A stretch of 63,311 bases of DNA, the filler included, from Jimgerdemannia flammicorona (lineage: Eukaryota): assembly GCA_003990765.1 (NCBI GenBank). It is 2 parts of 2 records of this genome, joined end to end, with 100 filler letters (N's around TTAATTAATTAA, not from the genome) between each part and the next. Parts side by side here need not be neighbours in the genome. Positions count along the whole stretch, not along the records: positions 1 to 31,610 come from RBNJ01000386.1; 1 more part is not named here. One strand, 5' to 3'. Positions 1 to 11,900 of this stretch are shown piece after piece. The notes under the pieces were generated by a model, which was not told the origin of the DNA, searched no databases, and saw nothing but the letters and a program-made list of their open reading frames with translations. Every line of letters starts with the position of its first letter. Positions within the stretch are counted from its first letter, which is position 1. A program made the translations under genes and the position numbers.

Positions 1-190
1 AAAAAAAAACAGAAGGCAACCTAGAGAAAGACCTTTGAAAGATAAGGCACTGCTGCTACAACTACTTTAAGTGAGTGCTTCCTCAAACTGAAGGCTTCTT
101 GATACACATTGTATACTAAGTCTCTAAGTAATAGTCCACTTCCCTAATTATCCTAAGGATAAGAGAGGGGTAGAAGTGAGAGTTATTATA
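1..190 (+). repeat. 3' part of Gypsy-1 5' LTR
   Basis: Matches ~16213-16395; ends gtgagagttattata (ttaca in the 3' LTR). The window starts in an A-run. Confidence 0.9.
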
Positions 191-193
191 ACT

Positions 194-205
194 TAGTAGC
201 AGCGG
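194..205 (+). promoter_or_regulatory. Primer-binding site (tRNA-iMet type), mutated
   Basis: TAGTAGCAGCGG just after the LTR; Gypsy-2 has TGGTAGCAGCAG (minus, 14964-14975). TGGTAGC is complementary to the 3' end of initiator tRNA-Met. Confidence 0.75.
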
Positions 206-1080
206 TTTACCAGCCAAGAAGGCACCAAAGAACACACTCCTGAAGTTGGAACAAGACCAACCTTGGACAGGAGTAACCCCCAGAAATAACTGTGGATCTC
301 CAAACCAGAGCCAGAGAAGCCCTTACCATTAGGACCAGGTGGTACCAGGAAACCACAGACCCAAGGACCCACCAGCTTATAATTAACCAGGCTTATAGGG
401 ATCTATACCTGGCTTTTAGGTCATACCACCCAGGACTTAGGAATATTGTTAGCCACCGTAGGTTCTACGAACTCCTCCGAGGACACATTGGATCCACTAG
501 GACCCCAGAATCTACTGCTGTAGCTACCTAGGATTTTTTAGATTATATCACACCCCCTGCTGCAAGAGAAGCAGCTGCCAAGTGGATTGCCTCTGATAGA
601 TACCATCATACCCCTACCAAGACCTCCCTCTACTACAGGTTAGTTGTATACTATGCCTCTGCCATAACTAGGTACGAGAACGAGTAAGCAGGCCAACCAT
701 CCCCTACTGCTGAATAAGGAGCAGGCCCATCTACTCAGCCAGAGACTAATATTCTCTTTGAAGGACCTAGTCAGTACGAGGATGCACTATCTCATCAGGA
801 AAGGGAGTCAGATGAAGACTCTACAGGTTACCAGTCTGATGATAGCCAATGAGGAACAGCAGGCCTAGAAATTTATCAAGAAATCACAGGTCAAGAAGAT
901 CAGACCCCAGAACCAACCCAGCCACCTATACAGAGATTTGGTTTACCCTCTCTCACAGGACTCTTTGACTTAATATCCAGGAACCAAGTAACCCCAAGTC
1001 ATACAGCACCACAACCCCACCAAGCAAAACAATCTTCAGGAGAATCTACCCCAACAGGCCCACCACCAATAGTCAACACA

Positions 1081-4000
1081 ATGGTAGATGTCAATATTAC
1101 AGCACTGACCACTCAGCTAGCAGCACTAGCAGGGATAGTAGGACAGATTGCTGAACAGAACAAACCAACCAAGACTCTGCAAATCCCAACATTTAGTGGA
1201 AAAAACAGTGATATTGAAAACTTCATCAATGCAGTTGACACAGGCTACCGAGTAAACCAATGGAATGACAACCGAGTATCTATAGGAATGCTCACCAACA
1301 ACCAGAACAGCACCCTTCAACAGCTGTTTGCCACATCAGCAGCACAAGTAGAAACAGTAGCTACATTCTTCACTGGAACAGCAGCCGAATTCTGGCGAAC
1401 CTTGGAATAACACCCAGTAACCTGGGAAGCCCGCCCTCAAGTCAATGGACAAGTACCTGGCAACAATAGACCAGGTTGGGATGACTATGAAGCAGGCCCA
1501 GGACTCAAGGCCTTACTACTGACCAAATTCTGAAATGTGGCCTACATACAAGAAACATGGAACAAACTGTCCCAGATGAAGTTCCACAAGAATGGCAAAG
1601 AGAATCTAGAGATCTTTGCTACCAGAATGGATGCATATCTCAAAACCATTGGACTTACCTATCAGGAGAACAATTTGGCCATCAATGGTACCAGAGCCAA
1701 CCATCTCTTTGCAGCCCTACCAGATGGGCTCCCCCAGAAGATCAAGGAACAAGATCTTCCCCAAGGATGTCCCTACTACTCATGGTGCTTTGCCAAAGTA
1801 CAAAGAAGAGCCCGTGAAATCCTTGCTGCATAAGCTCCATGAAATCAAGAATACAAGAAAGATACCCAAGACAGGAGAAATCCTACCAGGAGAAATGATC
1901 AAAGGAATGACCAAAGATATGATAAAAGATATGATCAAAGGAACCAGCAAAACCCCAGAGGACCCAGATCTCCCACTGAGGATGAGAAGAAGCAGCTCCA
2001 TGAAAAAGGATTGTGCTTCATCTGCAAGAAGGCAGGACACATCTCAGTCACATGCCCTGAGAAGAGAAACAGATCAGGTGAACCCAGTAACCAGAACATT
2101 ACTATCATTGGAGAAGGTCTAGGAAAGAAGAACTCCAAGAATGTCATCAACGTACAGAAGATATGGTACAAGGCTACCATCCCCACTAAGGCCCACCCAA
2201 CTGATGCTGGATATGATCTCTACAGTAGCCAAGACCTCACCATCTCACCAAGCACCAATGCTACAGTGCGAACAGAGATTGCAATACAAGCTCCCAAAGG
2301 AACATACATCTGCCTTGCTGAGTGAAGTAGTCTAGCCAAAGAATTCAACATTGGGCTAGGCGGAGGAGTTGTTGACCAAGGATTTACTAGTGAAATCCAT
2401 GTCATCTTGTGAAATTTTGGAGACACCTCATTTGAAGTCAAAACAGGCCAAAGAATTGCCCAAGCAATCATTGAAGAAATCCATCAAGATCTCACCATTG
2501 AAGAAGTCCCTGAACTCTCCCAGACAGATGGTGGCAAGAAAGAGTTTGGATCTATCAACAAACCTCCCAGTCAAAAGGTCACTACCATGAAGGAAGATGA
2601 TGAAAACTGGTACAAGAGAATTGCAGATGGTTATGCGCCATGTGGACGATGCCCTCATTCCATTCGAATGTACTGCATGGAACATATTGGTGAATGCCAT
2701 ACATGCCTCTCCAAAGTTTTCAAAATTCAATACAAGAAGCACCAAGCTCAACAGACTGAGGAACCCAAACAAGACAACCCTCCTTGTAAAGAATGGAGAG
2801 AAACTGACTTCGAGGAGACTGACAGCAATTGGGACAACAATGAGGATGAAGAGCTCAATACCATTAAGAAGGAGGATAGTTGCATTAAGTTCACAGGCCA
2901 AGTCCACAGACAAAATGTCAATATCTTGCTTGATAGTGGTGCTACTGGAAACTACATCAGCACCAAGACTGCCAAGAGGATTGGAGTTCGAAGCAGACCC
3001 ACTGCTGAGAGAAGAAGTGTTACCTTTGGTGATGGAAAGACTGTACCATTGACTAAGATCTGTGAAGACCTTTTGCTCAAGATTGGCAAATATCAAGAGA
3101 AGTTGGACTTTAGCATTGTTGACCTCCCAGGACAAGATATTATCTTAGGAAAAGCCTGGTTGACCCAGCACAACCCATACATCAACTGGAGAACCAATGA
3201 GGTTAACCTGACCCATGAAGGCAGAAAGATCACCCTGACACCCCAGGAAGGTACCAACCATCAAGAAATCGAAATCATCTCTGCCATTCAAATGAAGAGT
3301 CTCTCTCAAAAAAAGGGAAACACCTACTTCATCTGTATAGTACAAGAAGTCACTAAAGCCACAAGTAGCCCAATTCCAACAGAAGCACAAGAACTGTTCG
3401 AAGAATTCCAAGATGTATTCCAAGATCCTCAAGGACTTCCACCCAAGCACCAAATCCAACATGGAATTCATCTTATCCCAGGATCTTAACCCCCATACAA
3501 GAGTATCTACCAACTGGCCCAACCTGAGCTCAAGACCCTCAAGGATGAATTGACCAAACTACTGGCCCAAGGATACATTGAACCCAGCCACTCTCCATTT
3601 GGAGCCCCAATTCTATTTGTCAAGAAGAAGGATAGCTCTCTGCGAATGTGTATTGACTACAGAGCCCTCAACAAGATCACCATCAAGAACCGATATGCCT
3701 TGCCCAGGATTGATGAGTTACTATATCAAATCTTCAAGGCCAAGACCTTTTCTCTACTGGATTTGCAAAATGGCTACCACCAGATTCTCATTGATGAGAA
3801 GGACATTGAGAAGACAGCTTTCCGAACACAGTTTGGACACTACCAGTTCCAAGTCATGCCTTTTGGATTGAATGACATCTTTGGACCACTCCTCAACATC
3901 TGTGTCCTTATATATATTGATGATATACTAATTTACAGCGAGACAGTAGAGCTGCACTACACCCACCTTAGACAAGTACTGACCCTTCTGCAAGAATACC

Positions 4001-5828
4001 AGCTCTATGTCAAGATGAGCAAGTGTAAGTTCTACCAAGACCAGATCGAGTACTTAGGACACATCATCTCTGCTGAAGGTATCAACATAGACCCCCAAAA
4101 GGTATCAGCCCTCAAGGATATCCCTATCCCTACTACCCTCAAGCTACTCCAGCGCTTTCTGGGTATTGCCAGTTATTACCAAAGGTTTATCCAAGGATAC
4201 TCTGCTATCACAGCCCCATTGACCAGCCTGGCCTGTAAAGGAGTGAACATCAAAGCTGAATAGATCCCCAAATGCACCCTGGCTATGGACCACCTCAAGA
4301 GACTCCTTACCAAGGCCCCAGTGCTAATTGCACCTGATCCTACCAGACTATTCACTCTGACCACAGATGCCTCTGACATTGCTATTGGAGCAGTGCTCAG
4401 CCAAGAAGACCGCCCAGTGGCCTACCTTTCACAGAAGCTCAAGCCAGCTGAGACTCGATATACCACTCATGAGAAGGAACTTCTGGCTATTGTCACTGCC
4501 CTCCAGGAATAGTGCCATTTCCTCCTAGGACAGCTATTTGTAGCCTACACTGATCACTATGTACTGTGGTATATTCACACACAGCCCATGCTGACCCACA
4601 GACAAGCCTACTGGATGGAAATCATTGCCAACTTTAATATGGAAATCAAGTATATCTCAGGCAAAACCAACTGTGTGGCTGATGGTTTCTCCAGGTACAT
4701 GGAAGACGAACTTGTCTTCATGGTCGAAGTAATTGAAGACCTTATCTAAATAATCAAGGAGGGCTACCAGCAAGACAGCCCCCTGATGAATTTCCTTCAA
4801 TTCTGCCAAGACCCAGAGGCTGAGGTTCCAGAATCCATGAGGCAAATGGCCAAGAGATTCACCTACCATGATGGACTTATCTACAGGGACCATGACAGAG
4901 TGGTTGTACTCAACAATGATACTCTGTGACTCAAGATCATACAGGAACTCCATGATACTCCTGCAGCAGGACACTTTGGTTTTGAAAAGACCTACAACCT
5001 CCTCTCAAGAGATTTCTACTGGCCAAAGATGACCAAGGATATCAAAGACTTTGTGGCCTCATGTGAGATGTGCCAAAGGTTCAAAAGTGGTGATAAGCTA
5101 CCAGCAGGACTCCTGCAACCCTTGCCTATCCCGAGTCACAATTGGGACCAGATTGCGATGGACTTCATTATCTAACTCTCCAAGACCAAGGCAGGATGAG
5201 ATGCCATCATGATATTCATGGACTGCTTAAGTAAACAAGCCCATTTTGCACCCACCAAAACCACTGCTACAGCACCAGAGATTGCTGAGATCTTTCTCAA
5301 CCAAGTATTCAGGCTATATGGCATGCCTTGCACAATTGTATCTAACTGAGATGCCAAGTTCACAAGCAATTTCTGGAAGGCATTTTTCTCCCTCCATAGA
5401 ACTAAGCTGAAGTTCTCTACTGCCTACCACCCTCAGACTGACAGTCAAACCGAGCAAACCAACAGGACTCTCAAACAGATGCTTAGCATCTTCTGCTGTT
5501 ACAAGCAAAATGATTGGGACAAGTACCTAGCCCATGCTGAGTTTGCCTACAACAACAGTCAGCAAACCTCCACAAAGAAGACTCCATTCTTCCTGAACCA
5601 TGGTCAACACCCAAGGACCCCTAGTACTACTGCGAAATCAGCAGTCCCAGTAGCCCAAGATCTGGCTGAGACCATTTCTGACCTTACGCGAATGACAAGA
5701 GATGCTCTCATAGAAGCACAAGACTACCAGACCAAGTATGCAAATTTAAAGCAAAGAGAAGCCTCCTACAATATTGGTGACAAGGTCATGCTTAGAACAG
5801 ACCACCTCCACCCAGACACCCTGGCCCG
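1081..5828 (+). pseudogene. Gypsy-1 gag-pol polyprotein (Gag, CCHC knuckle, dUTPase, aspartic protease, RT, RNase H, truncated integrase)
   Basis: ORF pieces at 1081, 1537, 2011, 2587, 3550, 4285 and 5479 are all in one frame, separated by in-frame stops. Motifs: [61 protein letters not shown]. Confidence 0.95.
2173..2556 (+). pseudogene. dUTPase domain in Gypsy-1 polyprotein
   Basis: Trimeric dUTPase motifs in order: AGYDL, (R>*)SSLA, GVVDQGFTSEI, GQRIAQ, and a degenerate FGS tail. Confidence 0.9.
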
Positions 5829-6386
5829 GACCAGGTCTCTGACTGGACTCACCTAGACAGGCACGAGCAAAGACTTGCTAAGAAGGTCCATCAAATCATG
5901 CGCCATGCACTCTTCATGATCTCCAACCTCAACTACATACAACTGAAGGACTTCCAGAACCTCTCTTTCCCTGAGGTCGATGCCCTAGAAGTCAAGGTCG
6001 CCCAAGAAGCCAACTCCTGGATTGCCCTCAAGTCTACTGACATCGAACCTCATTGGAGCCCCCTCCTGAATGACAACCCTGACCAATGGCTCCAAGGCCT
6101 CTCTGATCTCTTTGAAGGACCACCTATTCGAATGGATATTCCCAGGCATGAAGATCAAGAGCTCTACTTGGATGGCCCCAACCACATCAGATGGAGAACC
6201 CCTACACCAGCACCTATTCTAATGCAAGAACCATTTGCAGACCTCATTGACTTCTCCATCCTGGACAGATCTGCAACCACCACCCCCCCAGCCCTTGAAG
6301 AAGATGGTAATGACCCTGAGGAGGATTCCCCACATTTCTCTCCCCTGGTTCTAAATTTCTCAATCAACGAGGACGTTGATTTCTAA
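5829..6386 (+). pseudogene. 3' half of extra ORF (ORF3) of Gypsy-1, unknown function
   Basis: Homologous to Gypsy-2 7455-~7997; its stop overlaps the PPT; joined to integrase by an internal deletion. Confidence 0.7.
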
Positions 6387-6397
6387 GGGGAGGAGGA
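6385..6397 (+). other. Polypurine tract of Gypsy-1
   Basis: AAGGGGAGGAGGA directly before the LTR start TGTAATAG. Confidence 0.85.
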
Positions 6398-6635
6398 TGT
6401 AATAGAATGAAAGAGTGCAAATAGATGGGACACAACAAATGATGAATGATGAATTATGAGTGATCACGTGACCCGGCGAGTGATGATGTCATCATATGAT
6501 CAAGCACGACATATGAATAGCAAGTGACGAATGATGTGAAACAACGCGGAAAACGATATCCAGCTTATCCCCAACAATTGGCACCACAGCAACAGTTGCC
6601 ACAGCTGCTGATCATTGCCTAGTAATTGAGGTTCT
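6398..6635 (+). repeat. Gypsy-1 3' LTR, left part (U3)
   Basis: Starts TGTAATAGAA; reverse-complement match to ~7217-7443; ends in TSD GTTCT (6631-6635). Confidence 0.9.
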
Positions 6636-7443
6636 TATAATAACTCTCACTTCTATCTCTCTCTTATTCTTAGGATAATTAGGGAAGTAGACTATTACTT
6701 AGAGACTTAGTATACAATGTGTACCAAGAAGCCTTCAGTTTGAGGAAGCGCTTGCTTATATGTAGTTGTAGCAGCAGTGCCTTATCTTTCAAAGGTCTTT
6801 CTTTGGTTTGCCTTCTGTTTCAAAGGTCTTTCTCTTGTGCCCTATTTCGAGGGTCTTGTTCTTTGCTATGCACAGACTGAATTTGCCTTGGAATTCAGGT
6901 TCAATGGGTTTACTTAAGTCTTTGGGGATTTATATACTGGTCTCAGTTCTGGCAGAAGTTAGCTAGGCTTCTGGAGTTTAGTCAGAAACACTAGAGTCAC
7001 TTAGATGTCATTACTAAGACACAGAGGAATGTGTGTGTGTGGGGGGACTTGATTCTTGTATCAAGGACTGAACTAAAACTGCTTTATTTCAGATAGAAAC
7101 TGGGGGGTATTTATATAAGTTGGTCCGTGATTTCTAACTAAGTATGAGTGAACTATAATGAGATTTGTGATCGTGATCTTTGTCAGGTGGTTTTTGGTAA
7201 AAACAACTTTGTGATCAGGACCTCAATTACTAGGCAATGATCAGCTACTGTGGCAACTGTTGCTGCGGTACCGATTGTTGGGGATAAGCTGGATATTGTT
7301 TTCTGCATCATTTCGCATTGTTCGCATCGTTCGTCATTCGTAATTCATATGTCGTGCTTCATTCATATGATGACATCATCGCTCGCCGGGTCACATGATC
7401 GCTCGTCGTTTGTTGCATACCATATGTTCGTCATTCTATTACA
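6636..7443 (-). repeat. Gypsy-2 3' LTR (808 bp)
   Basis: Direct repeat of 14979-15797; TGTAAT start on the minus strand, next to the PPT. Confidence 0.95.
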
Positions 7444-7454
7444 TCCTTTCCCCC

Positions 7455-8646
7455 TTAGAAATCAACATCCTTGTTGATTGAGAAATTGAGAACCAGGAGA
7501 GAGAAAGGTGGGGAATCTTCCTCAGGGGCAGGGGGGGTAGTTGTTACTGATGGCTTGCTGTCCAGGATGGAGAAGTCAATGAGGTCTGCAAATGGTTCTT
7601 GTATTGGAATAGGTGCTGGTGTAGGGGTTCTCTATCTGATATAGTTGGGGCCATCCAAGTAGGGCTCTTAATCTTCATGTCTGGGAATATCCATTCAGAT
7701 AGGTGGTCCTACAAAGAGGTCAGAGAGACCTTGGAGCCATTGGTCAGGGTTGTCATTCAGGAGGGAGCTCCAGTAGGGCTTGCAGTCAGTAGACTTGAGG
7801 ACAATCCAGGAGTTGGCTTCTTGGGTGACCTTGACTTCTAGGGCATCGACCTTGGGGAAAGAGAGGTTCTGGAAGTCCTTCAGTTGTATGTAGTTGAGGT
7901 TGGGGATCATGAAGAGTGCATGGCGCATGATTTGATGGACCTTCTTAGCAAGTCTTTGCTCGTGCCTGTCTAGGTGAGTCCAGTCAGAGACTTGGTCTGT
8001 GGGCAGATCCTTTGCCTGTTGGAGAAGTTGATGGCCAATCTCATATTCATGCCAGATTTCTAGATGGCTGATAGCAAGGTAGGCTCTTTCAATGACTTCA
8101 TGACAGTTGAGGACATAGTGTCCAAGGTCCTGGCTGGAGAGGTTAAGGGCCTCTGAGTGGCGGTTCCTTCCTTGGATGGCAACCTGAATGTGTCCAAAGA
8201 GGCAGTCAACCTGGCTTGGGAGGGGCTGGCTGCAGCAGGCAGTTTGGTGGTGGGTGGCAGGCATTCTTGTCTTGTCTTTTCTTTGTAAGGAAAGGGGGAT
8301 GAGAGTTGTGGGGTATTCTTGCCTTGGGTATTTATACTTATTTGCCCATCTGATGTGACCTTCCTTTGGTTACACTTTCTGGCAAAATGCATGATCTGTG
8401 CTATAAGTGGAGCATATGCTGGTCACATGAGGAAATCCTGATTTCAAAGATCTCATCACCCATCTGTGGTTACACAGGGTTAACAGGTCTTGGTCCACTT
8501 TTTTTTTTGTCTGGTTGGCACATTTGTGAGGACTGGCCATCCTTGTCTAGGGCAAGGGCTCCCATTGTCGCAGCTGGGGGTTCAAACCTCTTGAAAATAA
8601 ACTTTCTTGTAATCCGAGGCAATTCTTTCGTAACAATATCTGTCAT
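7455..8646 (-). pseudogene. Extra ORF (ORF3) between integrase and PPT of Gypsy-2, unknown function; start uncertain
   Basis: ORF 7695-8264 continues through in-frame stops to ...NFSINKDVDF* at 7455, with the same peptide in Gypsy-1. The upstream part (8265-8646) is coding-like but its frame is unclear. Confidence 0.6.
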
Positions 8647-8907
8647 GTGGATGGACTTAGACTGGTTTCGACATTGTCAGCTTTCCTAAGTTTCACATGA
8701 AGCATCCATCATCATCCAGCGGAGATGACACAGATGGCGTGAAATAGAGTTGTTCAAATGCGTTTTGCTATATGGTACTAGATTGTTCTTTCATTTGGAT
8801 ATCTTCTTGTTGGTTATCCATAGTGTTCCTTTTTTCGCAATGTTCGGTATTATATGTTTCCAGTTAAAAATATGTGGTATCCTTCTGCTTGCTGTGTGCT
8901 CCTATGC

Positions 8908-11900
8908 TTAGAGCTGTAGTTCCTTCCTTTGCTGGGGGATGAGTGTTTCCATGTAGTCCTGGAGGGCTTCGCATACATTCTTCAGGACTTTTTCTTTTTC
9001 CCAGGTAGCATTGTGGGTGGGGTAACCCTTCCACTTGATCAGAAAAAAGCACTTGACTGTTTTGGGATATTTGCGGACCTTGTGGTCAAGTACTTCCTCA
9101 ATTTTGAATTCCTCATGATCATTGATCTTAATTGGGGGTGGTGGTGGAACTGTATGCTTGGGGAATGGGTTCTCATGGTAGTCCACCAATTGGCTGATAT
9201 GGAATACAGAGTGTACTCGAATATTATTGGGAAGTTGCAACTTGTAGTTGACTTCGCTGATTTTTTCTGCTATCTTGTATGGTCCAATTCTTCTAGCATA
9301 GAGTTTCTTGGCTGGTTGTTGTGCCAGGGTGTCAGGGTGGAGATGGTCTGTTCTAAGCATGACCTTGTCACCAATATTATAGGAGGTTTCTCTTTGCTTC
9401 AAATTCATGTACTTGGTCTGATAGTCTTGTGCTTCTATGAGAGCATCTCTTGTCATTCGCGTAAGGTCAGAAATGATCTCGGCCAGATCTTGGGCTGCTG
9501 GGACTGCTGATTTCGCAGTAGTACTAGGGGTCCTTGGGTGTTGACCATGGTTCAGGAAGAATGGAGTCTTCTTTGTTGAGGTTTGCTGACTGTTGTTGTA
9601 GGCAAACTTGGTATGGGCTAGGTACTTGTCCCAATCATTTTGCTTGTAACAGCAGAAGATGCTAAGCATTTGTTTGAGGGTCCTGTTGGTTCGCTTGGTT
9701 TGACTGTCAGTCTGAGGGTGATAGGCAGTAGAGAACTTCAGCTTAGTTCCATGGAGGGAGAAAAATGCCTTCCAGAAGTTACTTGTGAACTTGGCATCTT
9801 GGTCAGATACAATGGTACTAGGCATGCCATATAGCCTGAATACTTGGTTGAGAAAGATCTCAGCAATCTCTAGTACTGTAGCAGTGGTCTTAGTGGGTGC
9901 AAAATGGGCTTGTTTATATAGGCAGTCCACGAATACCACGATGGCATCCCATCCTGCCTTGGTCTTGGGGAGTTGGACAATGAAGTCCATAGCAATCTGG
10001 TCCCAATTGTGACTTGGGATAGGCAAGGATTGCAGGAGTCCTGCTGGTAGCTTGTTACCACTTTTGAACCTTTGGCATATCTCGCATGAGGCCACAAAGT
10101 CTTTGATATCCTTGGTCATCTTTGGCCAGTAGAACTCTCTTGAGAGGAGGTTGTAGGTCTTTTCAAAACCAAAGTGTCCTGCTGCAGGAGTATCATGGAG
10201 TTCCTGCATGATTTTGAGTCGCAGAGTATCATTGTTGGGTACAACTACTCTGTCATAGTCCCTATAGATAAGTCCATTACAGTAGGTGAATCTCTTGGCC
10301 ATTTGCCTTATGGGTTCGGGAACCTCGGCCTCTGGGTCTTGGCAGAATTGAAGGAAATTCATCAGGGGGCTGTCTTGCTGATAGCCATCTTTGATCATTT
10401 GGGTAAGGTCTCCAATTACTTTGACCATGAAGACAAGTTCATCTTCCATATACCTGGAGAAACCATCAGCTATACAGTTGGTTTTGCCTGGGATATACTT
10501 GATCTCCATGTCAAAGTTGGCAATGATTTCCATCCAGTGGACTTGTCTGTGGGTCAGCATGGGCTATGTGTGAATATACAGCAGTGCATGGTGATCAGTG
10601 TAGGCCACAAATGGCTGTCCTAGGAGGAAATAGCACCATTCCTGGAGTGCAGTGACAATAGCCAGGAGTCCCTTCTTATGGGTGGTATACCAGGTCTCAG
10701 CTGGCTTGAACTTCTGTGAAAGGTAGGCCACTGGGCAGTCTTCTTGGCTGAGTACTGCTCCAATAGCAATGTCAGAGGCATCTGTGGTCAGAGTGAATGG
10801 TCTGGTAGGATCAGGTGCAATTAGCACTGGGGCCTTGGTAAGGAGTCTCTTGAGATGGTCCATAGTCAGGGTGCATTCGGGGGTCCATTCAGCTTTGATG
10901 TTCACTCCTTTACGGGCCAGGCTAGTCAATGGGACTGCAATAGCAGAGTATCTTTGGATAAACCTTTGGTAATAACTGGCAATACCCAGAAAGTGCTGGA
11001 GTAGCTTGAGGGTAGTAGGGATAGGGATATCCTTAAGGGCTGATACCTTTCAGGGGTCCACATTGATACCTTCAGCAGAGATGATGTGTCCTAAGTACTC
11101 GATCTGGTCTTGGTAGAACTTGCATTTGCTCATCTTGGCATAGAGCTGGTGTTCTCACAGAAGGGTCAGTACTTGTCTAAGGTGGGTATAGTGTAGCTCT
11201 ACTGTCTCGCTGTAGATTAGTATATCATCAATATATACAAGGACACAGATGTTGAGGAGTGGTCCAAAGATGTCATTCATCAGATACTGGAATGTTGCTG
11301 GTGCATTGGTCAATCCAAAAGACATGACTCGGAACTGGTAGTGTCCAAACCGTGTTCGAAAAGCTGTCTTCTCAATGTCCTTCTCATCAATAAGAATCTG
11401 GTGGTAGCCATTTTGCAAGTCCAGTAGAGAAAAGGTCTTGGCCTTGAAGATTTGGTGTAGTAACTCATCAATCCTGGGCAAGGCATATTGGTTCTTGATG
11501 GTGATCTTGTTGAGGGCTCTGTAGTCAATACACATTCGCAGAGAGCCATCCTTCTTCTTGACAAATAGAATGGGGGCTCCAAATGGGGAGCAGCTGAGTT
11601 CAATGTATCCTTGGGCCAGTAGTTTGGTCAATTCATCCTTGAGGGTCTTGAGCTCAGGTTGGGCCAGTTGGTAGATACTCTTGTATAGGGGTTCAGATCC
11701 TGGGATAAGATCAATTCTACATTGGATTTGGCGCTTGGGTGGAAGTCCTTGAGGATCTTGGAATACATCTTGGAATTCTTCAAACAGTTCTTGAGCTTCT
11801 GTTGGAATTGGGCTACTTGTAGCTTCAGTGACTTCTTGTACTATACAGATGAAGTAGGTGTTTTCCTTTTTTCGAGAGAGTCTCTTCATTTGAATGACAG

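Noticed and set aside
3550..4263. RT as a bacterial retron, DGR or group II intron
   Set aside because: PR-RT-RH-IN order with LTRs, PBS and PPT identifies a Ty3/gypsy element.
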